From IMG/VR virus record IMGVR_UViG_3300030330_003968, positions 5,711 to 69,710 of that record: 64,000 nucleotides of DNA; one strand, given 5' to 3'. The stretch comes from a virus. Its lineage: Duplodnaviria; Caudoviricetes. The notes under the pieces were generated by a model. It made no database searches. It was not told the origin of the DNA and saw only the letters and a list, made by a program, of their open reading frames with translations. Shown here piece after piece: positions 10,655-20,450 of this stretch. The position numbers were made by a program, and so were the translations under genes. Each line of letters opens with the position of its first letter. Within the stretch, counting starts at the first letter, position 1.

Positions 10655-11932
10655 CTACCTCTTTACAAATCTATTTCCGGCACAACCACCATATTGTCTT
10701 TTAGAGCATTGTTTTGCTACCTTAACAGTAACATCAGGTAAAGAACCTCTATATTGTGCATTAGGACAATCATTTCTATGACACCTAATTTTCTTTTGTA
10801 GCATTTCTTCTAAGGATGAAACTTGACTACCAAATTTTTCTATTTGTAATTCACCTTGTTGTTTTAAAACTAATCCAGGTTTTGATATACCTTCTTTTGC
10901 TTTAGGAGTTTCAAACTCTTTTATTTCTTGTCCTAATATATTTAATACCTCTTTAATTGTTTTATTTAATGCAATATTATTTCTTGGAAATCTTAATTGA
11001 ATATTCTTAATCTTTTCAATGCCTTCGACTCTATCATATCCTTTTGCAAAATTTAATAACTGCGCTTCTTCAGCATTTCTAATAGCATAAGATTCATTTG
11101 TAAATGCAGCATTTAACCTATCTTTCATAGGTGCTCTTGATTTACCTGCTGGATATATATTTCTATTATTCAAAACTTCAATGACTTTTTCTTGTACACT
11201 TTTAATTTGTGCTAATTGTCTTGGACCTGCTGAATTATTAAATACTGCAATTCTGTTTCCATCACCCATTTTAATTTTATCTACACCTTTTAGTGCCTTC
11301 CTTGCAATTGCTAACAAACCATTCTTACCGTATTCAGTTTCACCTTCACCTGTAATTGCTTGCCATAGTGGAGGTTTTGCTTTACCTTTCTTTTCGTTAT
11401 ACCAATCAGAATTTGTTTGTGCGAATTGCCCTTTAAAACCCTGCTTATTTTCTTTCATATAGGTTACATATTCATTATATGCTTCTGTTCTATAATGTCC
11501 AAATACTTGTCCTCTTTCTACAATAGGGTCGTCATCGGTTTCAGTAAAATCAACAACAGTAGTAAAAGGAATGTTTCTTGGATTCCATTTAGGATTTTGT
11601 AGAACTGATAATAAATCTTCAATATCTTCTTCTAACTTATTTCTGTGTTCTGTTTCTATAACATCCCCATCAAAAATTTCTGTTAATGATTCTAATAAAG
11701 CACCTAAACCTTCTGTACTTCTCGCTTGGTCTCTCGCATAAGTAGCATCACCATGATTTAATACTGTATCTAAAACAGTATCAGGTTTTGCTTCTCCAAC
11801 TTTACCTCCAACAATTCCCCATTCTGTACCTTTATTCCATCTTTTTTTCCATGAATTAAAAGCACCTTTAATCTCACCAATGTTTAAGCCCTGCTCAACA
11901 TTATCAAAATCTGTACCTTCAAATTTACTCAT
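10655..11932 (-). CDS. Hypothetical protein (425 aa) with Cys-rich C-terminus
   Basis: long ORF coupled to upstream gene. Confidence 0.6.
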   Translation of the reverse strand: MSKFEGTDFDNVEQGLNIGEIKGAFNSWKKRWNKGTEWGIVGGKVGEAKPDTVLDTVLNHGDATYARDQARSTEGLGALLESLTEIFDGDVIETEHRNKLEEDIEDLLSVLQNPKWNPRNIPFTTVVDFTETDDDPIVERGQVFGHYRTEAYNEYVTYMKENKQGFKGQFAQTNSDWYNEKKGKAKPPLWQAITGEGETEYGKNGLLAIARKALKGVDKIKMGDGNRIAVFNNSAGPRQLAQIKSVQEKVIEVLNNRNIYPAGKSRAPMKDRLNAAFTNESYAIRNAEEAQLLNFAKGYDRVEGIEKIKNIQLRFPRNNIALNKTIKEVLNILGQEIKEFETPKAKEGISKPGLVLKQQGELQIEKFGSQVSSLEEMLQKKIRCHRNDCPNAQYRGSLPDVTVKVAKQCSKRQYGGCAGNRFVKR

Positions 11933-13233
11933 TATTTACCACAACCGCAAGGTGTTGTTTTATCATTACATTTTTTACAAGGAGGTTTTTCACCATACAT
12001 TATATTTGCTTCAGCAGGTCTAAAACCCGCATTTGTTGTCATTCCTGTTCCTGCTCTTTTAGATAATAAATCACGCCAACCGAATTCTCCTGTATATTGG
12101 TCGTTAGATTTAAATTCTTCTTCAAACTTTCGTCTTTCTTCATCTGTCATTTCTCCTACTTGTACTTGTGGTCTATCTCTCATTTCTTGTGCTTGTTGTT
12201 CTGTTAATTGGTCTGATACTTCAGGATTACTTTCAACACTTTCTTGAAATTGTACTAATCTAACTTGGAATGCAAAACCTACATTACCTGTAAATTTCTT
12301 AACTAATTCTGTCATTTCAGATGAAGCATAAACCTTTTGTAAATTATTCTTAACATTTCTTCTAATTTCGTTATTGTTAATATCGGTTTTCCCATCACCA
12401 TCTAAATCAAAAATACTTTCTTCAGCATCATTAATTACATCATCTAAATATTCATCAACATTGTTAATTAAATTCTTAACATCCTTTTCAATCCTACTAC
12501 CTAACGATGTCCATTGGTCTTCAATAAATGATTGAGGTGGGTCATCCATAAAATCAATTTCTTCATCATCTTCCTCATCTTCATCTTCACTATAAGATTC
12601 TTTATCAAACAGATGTTGTTGTTTTGTATATGATGCATCAAATATCGCAGACATCATTTCTTCTGTAAATTTAAGTCCTGCATCTACCATTCTATTATAT
12701 CCTGATGAACCCATAATTCCTTGAATACTTCTTTCTGAATCATCGAAATTTTTATTATTTTTAGTAAGACTTGTTAGATAACCTTCAAGCATACCTTCAA
12801 TATTATTCATAGCAATTTCCATACCAATACTTTGAATATTTTTAGATGCCTTTGATTTCTTTTTATCTACTCTTGCAAATCCTGGATTTTCAGGGTCTAA
12901 ATTAACTGATGTTTGTCCGAAAGCACCGACCTTTCCTAAATATTCATCAAAGGTATTCATTATGGTTCTAAACCAATTTACAAGACCCACCTTTTGTAGT
13001 CTTATTTCATCAGGTAAAGGTTTATCAGGATTTTCTTCTCTAAAGTCAGCAACATTTTCTCTAATATTACCATCTTTATCTCTAATTATAGATTGTTTAT
13101 CCCTTCTAAATGGCTTTTGTTTAAACCCATAACCGTCAATAAATACTGAACCATCGGGTTTTTGAAATCTATCACCGAGTTTGATTTTGCGTTTATCATC
13201 ATCATCATCTTTTAGTATATTTCTCCAATTCAT
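11932..13233 (-). CDS. W-leader acidic protein (433 aa)
   Basis: starts MNWRNILKD; second W motif GWRDLLSK and C-terminal CxxC...CxC. Confidence 0.65.
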   Translation of the reverse strand: MNWRNILKDDDDDKRKIKLGDRFQKPDGSVFIDGYGFKQKPFRRDKQSIIRDKDGNIRENVADFREENPDKPLPDEIRLQKVGLVNWFRTIMNTFDEYLGKVGAFGQTSVNLDPENPGFARVDKKKSKASKNIQSIGMEIAMNNIEGMLEGYLTSLTKNNKNFDDSERSIQGIMGSSGYNRMVDAGLKFTEEMMSAIFDASYTKQQHLFDKESYSEDEDEEDDEEIDFMDDPPQSFIEDQWTSLGSRIEKDVKNLINNVDEYLDDVINDAEESIFDLDGDGKTDINNNEIRRNVKNNLQKVYASSEMTELVKKFTGNVGFAFQVRLVQFQESVESNPEVSDQLTEQQAQEMRDRPQVQVGEMTDEERRKFEEEFKSNDQYTGEFGWRDLLSKRAGTGMTTNAGFRPAEANIMYGEKPPCKKCNDKTTPCGCGK

Positions 13234-13385
13234 TCTTCGTTCCTCCTTAGAGCCTTAACTAAAGAGTCAATGACATCTAAGGGCATACCTAACTTTTTAC
13301 CTTCTTTGGTGAATGCTTTTAATGCTGTTTCCCAATCAGTAATATCTTCTTCGGTAATGCTCTTTAGATACTTTTCCCATGTCAT
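13230..13385 (-). CDS. Small W-leader protein (51 aa, not in ORF track)
   Basis: manual translation MTWEKYLKSITEEDITDWETALKAF...NEE; overlaps both neighbours at start and stop. Confidence 0.7.
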   Translation of the reverse strand: MTWEKYLKSITEEDITDWETALKAFTKEGKKLGMPLDVIDSLVKALRRNEE

Positions 13386-13636
13386 TATTGTAACTCTCCC
13401 TTCTGAATCATTTGTTTAAATAACATTTCTACACTCTTACTAAATTTTGTAAAATCATCAAGAATATCCTTAGCCTCATCTACATCAAAAGGAATATTAG
13501 TTGATGAAGCGGAAGTACCAAAAGATTCTCTTGCTATTTCTTCCATTTCATCTATATTGTCCTTCAGTCTTGCTATAAAATCAACAATACTGTTAAGTCC
13601 TGTATATTCTTTTTGTAAGGTATCTTCCCATGACAT
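13385..13636 (-). CDS. W-leader hypothetical protein
   Basis: starts MSWEDTLQKE. Confidence 0.65.
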   Translation of the reverse strand: MSWEDTLQKEYTGLNSIVDFIARLKDNIDEMEEIARESFGTSASSTNIPFDVDEAKDILDDFTKFSKSVEMLFKQMIQKGELQ

Positions 13637-13690
13637 GTAATCGCCTTTGAATAGTTTATTTTTTTACTACTATATATTAATTACTTAAGA

Positions 13691-15415
13691 TTAAGGTCTA
13701 TACTTAAGTGCATCATCAAAATTATTAGTGACCCATTCATCAGCAATATCTACTATTTTTTCCATCATATATTCAGCCTGTATATCAAAATGATTTATAT
13801 CGGATATAATTCTTTCTTTCCAATTACGAGGGTAATTAGAATATCTAACAATATTAGGTTTTTTAAATGCTACAAGTAATTGTAGTCCGTAATTTGGTAC
13901 TCTTTCCCCATCCCTTGAATTTTTTAAAGCATTACTTTCATAGGTATTTAATCTACGAGATTCTGAGGAAGTCCAAAATTCAGTAGTTTCATAATATGAT
14001 GTCCATCCCCCAGAATGTATTAACCATAATAATCTACAAGCATCTTTTCTTGATATATTTTCAGATTTAGTATAAATAAAATCTACTAATAAAACATGCA
14101 TAGTGTTATAATTTGTTCTATCGTTAGGTACAAATGTCATATTACTATCAACTAATTTAGACATATGACTTCCTTTAAATTTATTACCTACTTTTTTCCC
14201 ACTAAAATTATAACTAAAATCAGCAGTACTAAAATCATATTTTCCTTCCTCATAAGGGTAAAAACCAAAAGTTTTATATTGATTAACAAAATCTTCAATT
14301 ACATCTGTTATTCTTCTATAATATTCTAAACAGTCATCGCTTGGTTCTTCTTCAGGAACAGGCTCATCTTCTTCATCTTCTTCTTCATCAGGTAATTGTT
14401 CTGTATCAGTTAATAGTTTTGTTCTTGCTTGAGTTACTGTTTCGGCTTTATTAAAATTCCATTCAGGGTCATCTTCACTAAATAATAACTGACCTATTTC
14501 AATAGCATCTGTATTCCATATACAACCTGAATCTACATCCCAACTATATGCCCATTTTATACTACCTTTAGGAAAATCTTTATCTCGTTGTCTTTCTGAA
14601 TCAACACTATCATATAATGCAGCATTATGATATTTACCTCCCATAACTTCTATACCATCATAATCCTCTTGTACTTTTGCCCAATTAATATATGGTAAGT
14701 AGTTATAAAATTTCCAACTATGACTAAGACCTTCTTTATCTCTTTGCCAATAATTACTATCTTTTTGTTTAAAGGTATCTTGTTTGTATTTTTCCCAAAA
14801 ATCTATATGGTCTTGTTTTGTATCAAGTTTTAAAACATTACCTACAATTTTAACTTCATAAAAGTATTTGTAACCATCACACCCCATGTTTTCACAAACC
14901 CAATCAATCCATTGTGTACCAAGTCCATACCATAAACCAAAAGGCTTACTTCCTGTTCCACCAAAAGGTCGTCTTTGATTTGCTTCTATACTTGCAAGAG
15001 GATTTCTTGTTCTCCAAGAATCTTTTTGAAATACTCCCTTATAGGGAGTAGCAATAGTACGCATATTAGCAGGAATATCCATTTTCATTCTTACATTATT
15101 AATGGGTGCTTTTCTAATATGTGAAGTAACCTTTCCACTTATCACTTTACCCGCTAAATCTGAATTAGATACAATTCTATTACCTATTGATACAAGCCAA
15201 GTTTCAAGCCTAACATTAACCCATGAAGATATATCTTGTGGTCTAATATCAGTTTGTTTAAGATTTTCTACAAATTTATTTTTTATATCCGTATCTGTTA
15301 CATAGAATTTAGTACCTTCAGGTAATTCTTTAACTACATCTAATAAAGCATTTTTAAACTCTTGAAAATAAATGCTATGTAATTTTCTTTTCTTTAGAAT
15401 AGTATTCCAACTCAT
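13691..15415 (-). CDS. W-leader three-module protein (putative polyprotein; middle module ART-fold-like, last module of the PLPD-acidic-Cys family)
   Basis: starts MSWNTILKK; junctions IRKA and FNKA; middle KPFGLWY...WAKVQEDYDGI...WDVDSGCIW; last module TQARTKLLTDTEQLPDEEE...C. Confidence 0.65.
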   Translation of the reverse strand: MSWNTILKKRKLHSIYFQEFKNALLDVVKELPEGTKFYVTDTDIKNKFVENLKQTDIRPQDISSWVNVRLETWLVSIGNRIVSNSDLAGKVISGKVTSHIRKAPINNVRMKMDIPANMRTIATPYKGVFQKDSWRTRNPLASIEANQRRPFGGTGSKPFGLWYGLGTQWIDWVCENMGCDGYKYFYEVKIVGNVLKLDTKQDHIDFWEKYKQDTFKQKDSNYWQRDKEGLSHSWKFYNYLPYINWAKVQEDYDGIEVMGGKYHNAALYDSVDSERQRDKDFPKGSIKWAYSWDVDSGCIWNTDAIEIGQLLFSEDDPEWNFNKAETVTQARTKLLTDTEQLPDEEEDEEDEPVPEEEPSDDCLEYYRRITDVIEDFVNQYKTFGFYPYEEGKYDFSTADFSYNFSGKKVGNKFKGSHMSKLVDSNMTFVPNDRTNYNTMHVLLVDFIYTKSENISRKDACRLLWLIHSGGWTSYYETTEFWTSSESRRLNTYESNALKNSRDGERVPNYGLQLLVAFKKPNIVRYSNYPRNWKERIISDINHFDIQAEYMMEKIVDIADEWVTNNFDDALKYRP

Positions 15416-15723
15416 TGTACCACTATCCTATTTATTAATTTTTTAAGGTCTGAAATTCTAATATGATATGTTCCTCTTGAATCAGGTATAGCCATTTGAT
15501 ACCAATATCTTTGATTTGCTTGTAAATTCATAAACCAATAATACATAAATTGCGGGTCAAGTTGGTCGGTAGCAATAATTTTAATTCCTATATATTGAGG
15601 TTTAAATTCTTTAACAGGTTTACCTACCGTATTTGCATCGTGTACTCTAATAAGCCAAAAGTCGGCATCTTGCATATTAGTACCAACTTTAATTAATTCA
15701 GACTTGAGTATCTCTTCCCACAT
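15412..15723 (-). CDS. W-leader protein resembling a fragment of a type I R-M target recognition domain
   Basis: starts MWEEILKS; DADFWLIR...VGKP...IGIK...LDPQFMYYWF. Confidence 0.5.
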   Translation of the reverse strand: MWEEILKSELIKVGTNMQDADFWLIRVHDANTVGKPVKEFKPQYIGIKIIATDQLDPQFMYYWFMNLQANQRYWYQMAIPDSRGTYHIRISDLKKLINRIVVQ

Positions 15724-15727
15724 ATTA

Positions 15728-15838
15728 TCATCTCTTTCTTGGATAGTTTGGTTTATTAGGTCTTTTCTTTTCAGATTTTTGACTTGGTTCTCCCTTCTTT
15801 CTTTTTATTGGCTTTCTAACTTTATTTTTATTTGGCAA
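15728..15838 (-). CDS. Very basic 36-aa peptide (TTG start)
   Basis: manual translation PNKNKVRKPIKRKKGEPSQKSEKKRPNKPNYPRKR after a GGTGA RBS. Confidence 0.4.
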   Translation of the reverse strand: MPNKNKVRKPIKRKKGEPSQKSEKKRPNKPNYPRKR

Positions 15839-15958
15839 TCAATCACCATCTACTTTCATCGCTTCAGGCTTACCATGTTTAACCCAACATTCATAACAAA
15901 ACCCAAATGGATAAGTACCTTCAGTACTATAACACCAGCCGCAATATACAAAATCCAT
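15839..15958 (-). CDS. Small Zn-finger protein (39 aa)
   Basis: manual translation MDFVYCGWCYSTEGTYPFGFCYECWVKHGKPEAMKVDGD; two CxxC. Confidence 0.6.
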   Translation of the reverse strand: MDFVYCGWCYSTEGTYPFGFCYECWVKHGKPEAMKVDGD

Positions 15959-16678
15959 TTAACCACCTATCCCATATCTAATTTCTAATAATCTTAATTG
16001 TAATAATAGTAAAAATAAACCATTACTTGTTCTTATTGACACACCAACTGCATTACCTATAAACATATCCATGTCACTTTTTGGTATTTGTTCACTACTA
16101 TTTAAATTATTAAATAATTTATCAAAAGTATCTAATGCTTTTTGTAACTCATTTTTTGATACATCAAATATATCATAAGTAAATAATTCATCAATATTAA
16201 TATTTCTTGCAACATGTTTAGCAGAAGTAGTAAATAATGGTGAAGCATTAATAAGACTACTTTTGAATATATTATAATGTTTATTAAACTCACTAACGGG
16301 CATAACCTCAAACTGAACTTTATTTTCAGACCCCGTACCTCCGAGCATTATATGTTGTTTTCCTGTCATCATTGTAGTATCATTAAAATCATAAAATAAT
16401 TCTACTTCATCTTCGGTTAATTTTGCTACATTTATTATAGGCTTACCCGTCATTCTAAAATTTCCACCCGTACTACCATACAAAGCATAAGGCATAGACT
16501 CATATACATTTGTACTCCAATATTCACTTGAGCCTCCTTCTTGATTTCCTTGATAAATAGTTTCTACTATTTTTTCATCAAATTTTGGTTGTCCTGTTTT
16601 CCAATAGTCACCCGTTTTTCTCTTAGAAAAATTAGGGTTTGTTAATTTATATGGGGATTTGAGAATATCTTTCCACAT
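15959..16678 (-). CDS. W-leader protein, possible ADP-ribosyltransferase-like fold
   Basis: start re-placed at MWKDILKS; IYQG...YWSTN...PYA pattern. Confidence 0.5.
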   Translation of the reverse strand: MWKDILKSPYKLTNPNFSKRKTGDYWKTGQPKFDEKIVETIYQGNQEGGSSEYWSTNVYESMPYALYGSTGGNFRMTGKPIINVAKLTEDEVELFYDFNDTTMMTGKQHIMLGGTGSENKVQFEVMPVSEFNKHYNIFKSSLINASPLFTTSAKHVARNINIDELFTYDIFDVSKNELQKALDTFDKLFNNLNSSEQIPKSDMDMFIGNAVGVSIRTSNGLFLLLLQLRLLEIRYGIGG

Positions 16679-16679
16679 A

Positions 16680-16994
16680 TTATTTTCTCCTTTCTTTAGT
16701 TTTTCTTTTTTGTTGATTAATAAAAGTTCTATAAATATCTGCCGCAGATTTTTTACCCATTTCTCTTGCTCTTTGTTCCATAGCAATAGCCGCTTGAGTT
16801 TTGTGTGCGTGTGTCCTATTACTTCTTTTTATTTTTGCTACTGAGCGTTTAGCAGTTTCTACATCTTTAAATCCTAAACCATGTATCGTTCCTTTAGGAT
16901 TTTCATCTGTATATAAATCTGAATGTTTTTTAGAATTAGCAGGTTGCCCTTTCTTTCTTGGTATTCTTTTTGCTTTAAGAATATTTTTCCACAC
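16680..16994 (-). CDS. W-leader basic protein
   Basis: GTG start VWKNILKA; HSDLYTDENPKGTIHGLGF segment. Confidence 0.65.
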   Translation of the reverse strand: MWKNILKAKRIPRKKGQPANSKKHSDLYTDENPKGTIHGLGFKDVETAKRSVAKIKRSNRTHAHKTQAAIAMEQRAREMGKKSAADIYRTFINQQKRKTKERRK

Positions 16995-16995
16995 A

Positions 16996-18039
16996 TTATC
17001 CTCTCCTCTTAAACCAACCGTGAAGCCCATACTTTTCTTCTAAACTAAAAGTGCCTTTTCTTCTTTTCTTTTTCTTTCCTCTTTTACCTGCTCGTCTTTT
17101 ATAATCTTTACAGGCTGAACAAGTTGGTCGGCATCTTCTTTTTTGCCCTTTAGAAGCATCCCTTCTACCGCACGGTCTACGCTTTTTTCCTTTACCACAT
17201 GAAGAACAATCAATCCAACCTTTGTATAATACATCCTCCCATGATTTTTTTATATCACTTTTTAGATAAGTGTCAGCAATTAGTAATCCTATTTTTTCTC
17301 CAGCCTCTATATCACTTGGATAATGATTACCCATTAACACTCTTGATAAAGAAATTGCTTCAGCCATATTAAATAATTCTTCTTCCTTATCAGGGTATTC
17401 TTCAGCAAGAACTTTTGCTAAGGCATATGCTTCAATAGCATGACCACTTGGAAAAGATGGTGAATCATCTGTATCTGTAATAGAATCTATTTTATCTGAA
17501 ATTTCATAAGGTCTTTTTCTTTTATATTTCATTTTTAATTTAATAGTATGAATATCTGTATCTTCTATAAAGTCTTTCCAATTATTTATATCTTCATCAA
17601 CAATATCTAACATCATTTTATGATTATTTTTATCTAAATCATTTTTAGTATCTTCATCCATCTCATACTTTTTCATAATATCAATTACTTCAGGTAATTC
17701 TTTTTCGTTATCGGGAAATGATAATTCAGGAAAATCTACATCAAATGATGGTTTGCTATTTAGTAATTTTTTTTTACTATTAGATAATTCTTGCATCCAT
17801 TTTGATTCAGATTTCTTTACTGAATTTCCCCAATTAGCAGCACCTTTTTTTCTACATTGAACTAATGCGCCACTTGCATAAGCACTGGGCCACTTTTTAT
17901 ATCTTCTTCGCACTTTATAATAACAAGCATCTCTTTTACCTTTAGATTTACCATCTCTTCTTGTTTTTTTCTTGGCTCTTTTAGCACCTGATTTTCTACG
18001 GGCTTTGCTTTTCTTTTGAATTATATCCTCCCAACTCAA
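16996..18039 (-). CDS. W-leader protein with PAP2/acid phosphatase domain flanked by K/R/C-rich modules
   Basis: TTG start SWEDIIQK; PAP2 motifs KYKRKRP, PSFPSGHA, SRVLMGNHYPSDI. Confidence 0.8.
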   Translation of the reverse strand: MSWEDIIQKKSKARRKSGAKRAKKKTRRDGKSKGKRDACYYKVRRRYKKWPSAYASGALVQCRKKGAANWGNSVKKSESKWMQELSNSKKKLLNSKPSFDVDFPELSFPDNEKELPEVIDIMKKYEMDEDTKNDLDKNNHKMMLDIVDEDINNWKDFIEDTDIHTIKLKMKYKRKRPYEISDKIDSITDTDDSPSFPSGHAIEAYALAKVLAEEYPDKEEELFNMAEAISLSRVLMGNHYPSDIEAGEKIGLLIADTYLKSDIKKSWEDVLYKGWIDCSSCGKGKKRRPCGRRDASKGQKRRCRPTCSACKDYKRRAGKRGKKKKRRKGTFSLEEKYGLHGWFKRRG

Positions 18040-18044
18040 AATAA

Positions 18045-18341
18045 TCACCAATCCCTACAAGCCATACATCGGGCTGAATAATCTCCTCTTCCACAAGTTT
18101 TACAATTATGTCTTGCGTTAAATGATTTCTTTCTTTTAGTGTTTCCACTTTTTCCTGTAACTTTAACTCCTGCTTGACCCCAATGTACTCTTTTATATTT
18201 ACCTTTTTTACCTGCGGGTACACAAGCCATCCATTTCTTTCCTTTACGATTAGAACTTGTTTTTCCTGTTCTTTTAGTACATCTACTTGAAGAAGCCTTT
18301 TTTCTACGCTTCTTTCTTTTTAGAATATCCTCCCAAGACAT
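18045..18341 (-). CDS. W-leader basic Cys-rich protein
   Basis: starts MSWEDILKR; VHWGQAG...KSFNARHNC...SARCMACRDW. Confidence 0.65.
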   Translation of the reverse strand: MSWEDILKRKKRRKKASSSRCTKRTGKTSSNRKGKKWMACVPAGKKGKYKRVHWGQAGVKVTGKSGNTKRKKSFNARHNCKTCGRGDYSARCMACRDW

Positions 18342-18343
18342 AA

Positions 18344-18592
18344 TTATTCCTCCAAAATATAATCACCATGTTCATGTTCTTTCATCCAATCTTTATGGTC
18401 TAATATATCACTAATAACATATTTTAAATATCTCTCATCAAAACCTTTGAATTCTTTTCCAGCATCTATGAAACCCTGCAATCCTACTGCACCACCTTCA
18501 TCTTTCAAAACCTTTTTAATAAAACGAGAATAGACTTTATACTTCTTATTCTCAACTGCCTTGAGGTTTGCCTTTAAAATATCTTTCCACAT
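18344..18592 (-). CDS. W-leader hypothetical protein
   Basis: starts MWKDILKA. Confidence 0.65.
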   Translation of the reverse strand: MWKDILKANLKAVENKKYKVYSRFIKKVLKDEGGAVGLQGFIDAGKEFKGFDERYLKYVISDILDHKDWMKEHEHGDYILEE

Positions 18593-18596
18593 ATTA

Positions 18597-18920
18597 TCAC
18601 ATCATATCAAAAATTCTATCATATTCGGCTATAACTCTCTTTGAAATTTCATTCCAATTAACTTCATCCATTGTATAACCACTACCTAAAAATTGTCTTA
18701 CCCATTCTGAATCCATACCAACAACTGTTCTTGCATTATTTCCCCATGTATCTCTCCAAATTTGTTGCATGGCTTTATCACTTATATCAAAGCCCATCAT
18801 TCTATTTAATTGTAATGATTGGTCTATATGATGAGGAATTGTAACTTTTAAATCTTCCATTATAATTTCTAATAATGCTTTGGTTGCATCATTTTTTCTT
18901 ATAATGTCATTCCATCTCAT
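18597..18920 (-). CDS. W-leader hypothetical protein
   Basis: starts MRWNDIIRK. Confidence 0.6.
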   Translation of the reverse strand: MRWNDIIRKNDATKALLEIIMEDLKVTIPHHIDQSLQLNRMMGFDISDKAMQQIWRDTWGNNARTVVGMDSEWVRQFLGSGYTMDEVNWNEISKRVIAEYDRIFDMM

Positions 18921-18925
18921 ATAAA

Positions 18926-19216
18926 TCACTCAAATGGGTCATCCTTTAATCTAATATCTCCTTTAGTCTTTACTAAAATTTCAAGCAATTTTTCCTTAGA
19001 TAGACCTTTTAGATAATATTCAATTTCTGTAATAATATCTTGTTTAGTAGCCCTTGCTAATTCTTCTTCAGTTTTTGTATCATATATATCTTCAAATGAT
19101 TCATTAACATCAGATTGTCTATCATCTACTTCTAATAAATCATCGGCTTTACTTCCACCTGCTGACCTTATTTGCGGTTTTCTTCTAATTGTTTTTAAAA
19201 TTGTCATCCATGTCAT
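18926..19216 (-). CDS. W-leader hypothetical protein
   Basis: starts MTWMTILKT. Confidence 0.65.
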   Translation of the reverse strand: MTWMTILKTIRRKPQIRSAGGSKADDLLEVDDRQSDVNESFEDIYDTKTEEELARATKQDIITEIEYYLKGLSKEKLLEILVKTKGDIRLKDDPFE

Positions 19217-19686
19217 TGTTCTTCCCTACTCCATAAGTTAGACCATAGAGAATTTCTTTTATAATTTTCTCTAAGATATTCGTTAATTTCTTTTCTTGAT
19301 GGTGAATTAAACTTTAATTTGCTAATAATTTTTTGATACATCTCTTCAAAATTTGTATTATTTCCTACCATTTCATCTACCATTTCTCTCCAATCAGATT
19401 TGTTAATAGGTTCAGGTAATTTTCTAAAAACATAATTTGTTCTACCTCCTGCATCACTCGCAATTTTATCCTGTTTAGATTCTACTAAACCATCTCTTTC
19501 TAATGCTTTTAGTGTAAATACAAGTTGTGTAGCAGTAAAATCACCTGCCCTTCGACCACCTCTATCCTTTAATCTTTCTAAAACTCCACCTGCTGATAAA
19601 AATTGGTCTTCTGATAAACCATATTTATAGACATATCTTTTGTTATGTGGGGAGGTAGCCTTTCCCTTTAGAATATTAGCCCACAT
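19213..19686 (-). CDS. W-leader two-module protein (wHTH-like modules)
   Basis: starts MWANILKG; internal INKSDW junction. Confidence 0.6.
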   Translation of the reverse strand: MWANILKGKATSPHNKRYVYKYGLSEDQFLSAGGVLERLKDRGGRRAGDFTATQLVFTLKALERDGLVESKQDKIASDAGGRTNYVFRKLPEPINKSDWREMVDEMVGNNTNFEEMYQKIISKLKFNSPSRKEINEYLRENYKRNSLWSNLWSREEQ

Positions 19687-19733
19687 AAATATCCCTTAGT
19701 ACAATTTAATTTAAAGTTACTATTTAAAAGTTA

Positions 19734-20450
19734 TCACAATTTAGAAGTAATTATACTCATGAAATAGTGATACATTCTATTGAAAACTGCATCGTCATCA
19801 GTTTTATCTTTTTGGTTTTGATATAAAAATTCTATAACATCCCTTATTAGTTTATAGTAAAATTCATGTCGTAAGTTTATATTACCTATATAGTCAAAAA
19901 ATAAATCAAATTTATCAAGATTTTTTTTAATTTCTTCTTCCCATTCATCTAAAATAATATGTTTATTTGTTTGTAAGTTAGTATCTTTATCGGCATCTGC
20001 TTGTAAAACAATAATATATTGAGTCAAAAGCCAAGGTATTGCAAAGGGATAATTTTCATTTTCTTTTTCAGGTATTGTACCAAAAGATAAATCTATTCTA
20101 AACCATAATTTATATGCATTATTAGGATATGCAAAAACTTCTAAATCCCACAAGTTTCCATATTCTTCATAATTTAAACCAAATTCGACATCTTCATTAT
20201 GATGGTACGATGTTTCCGTTTCTAATATTCTTTTTAATTCACAACACATATCTTCTCGCTCGGCAAGAGCACGATTTATCATAAAAATATTATTATATGG
20301 TTTAAACAACGGTTCATTTACTATACTCTTTAATTCTAATAACCATTGATAACAATCATCGTCATCATCATCAGGTAAGGGTTGATTGTCCGACCTTAAT
20401 TTTTGTCTCCCAACCTGAATTTGGTTTTTTATAATATCTTCCCAATTCAT
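19734..20450 (-). CDS. PLPD-acidic-Cys family paralog
   Basis: MNWEDIIKNQIQVGRQKLRSDNQPLPDDDDDDC. Confidence 0.75.
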   Translation of the reverse strand: MNWEDIIKNQIQVGRQKLRSDNQPLPDDDDDDCYQWLLELKSIVNEPLFKPYNNIFMINRALAEREDMCCELKRILETETSYHHNEDVEFGLNYEEYGNLWDLEVFAYPNNAYKLWFRIDLSFGTIPEKENENYPFAIPWLLTQYIIVLQADADKDTNLQTNKHIILDEWEEEIKKNLDKFDLFFDYIGNINLRHEFYYKLIRDVIEFLYQNQKDKTDDDAVFNRMYHYFMSIITSKL

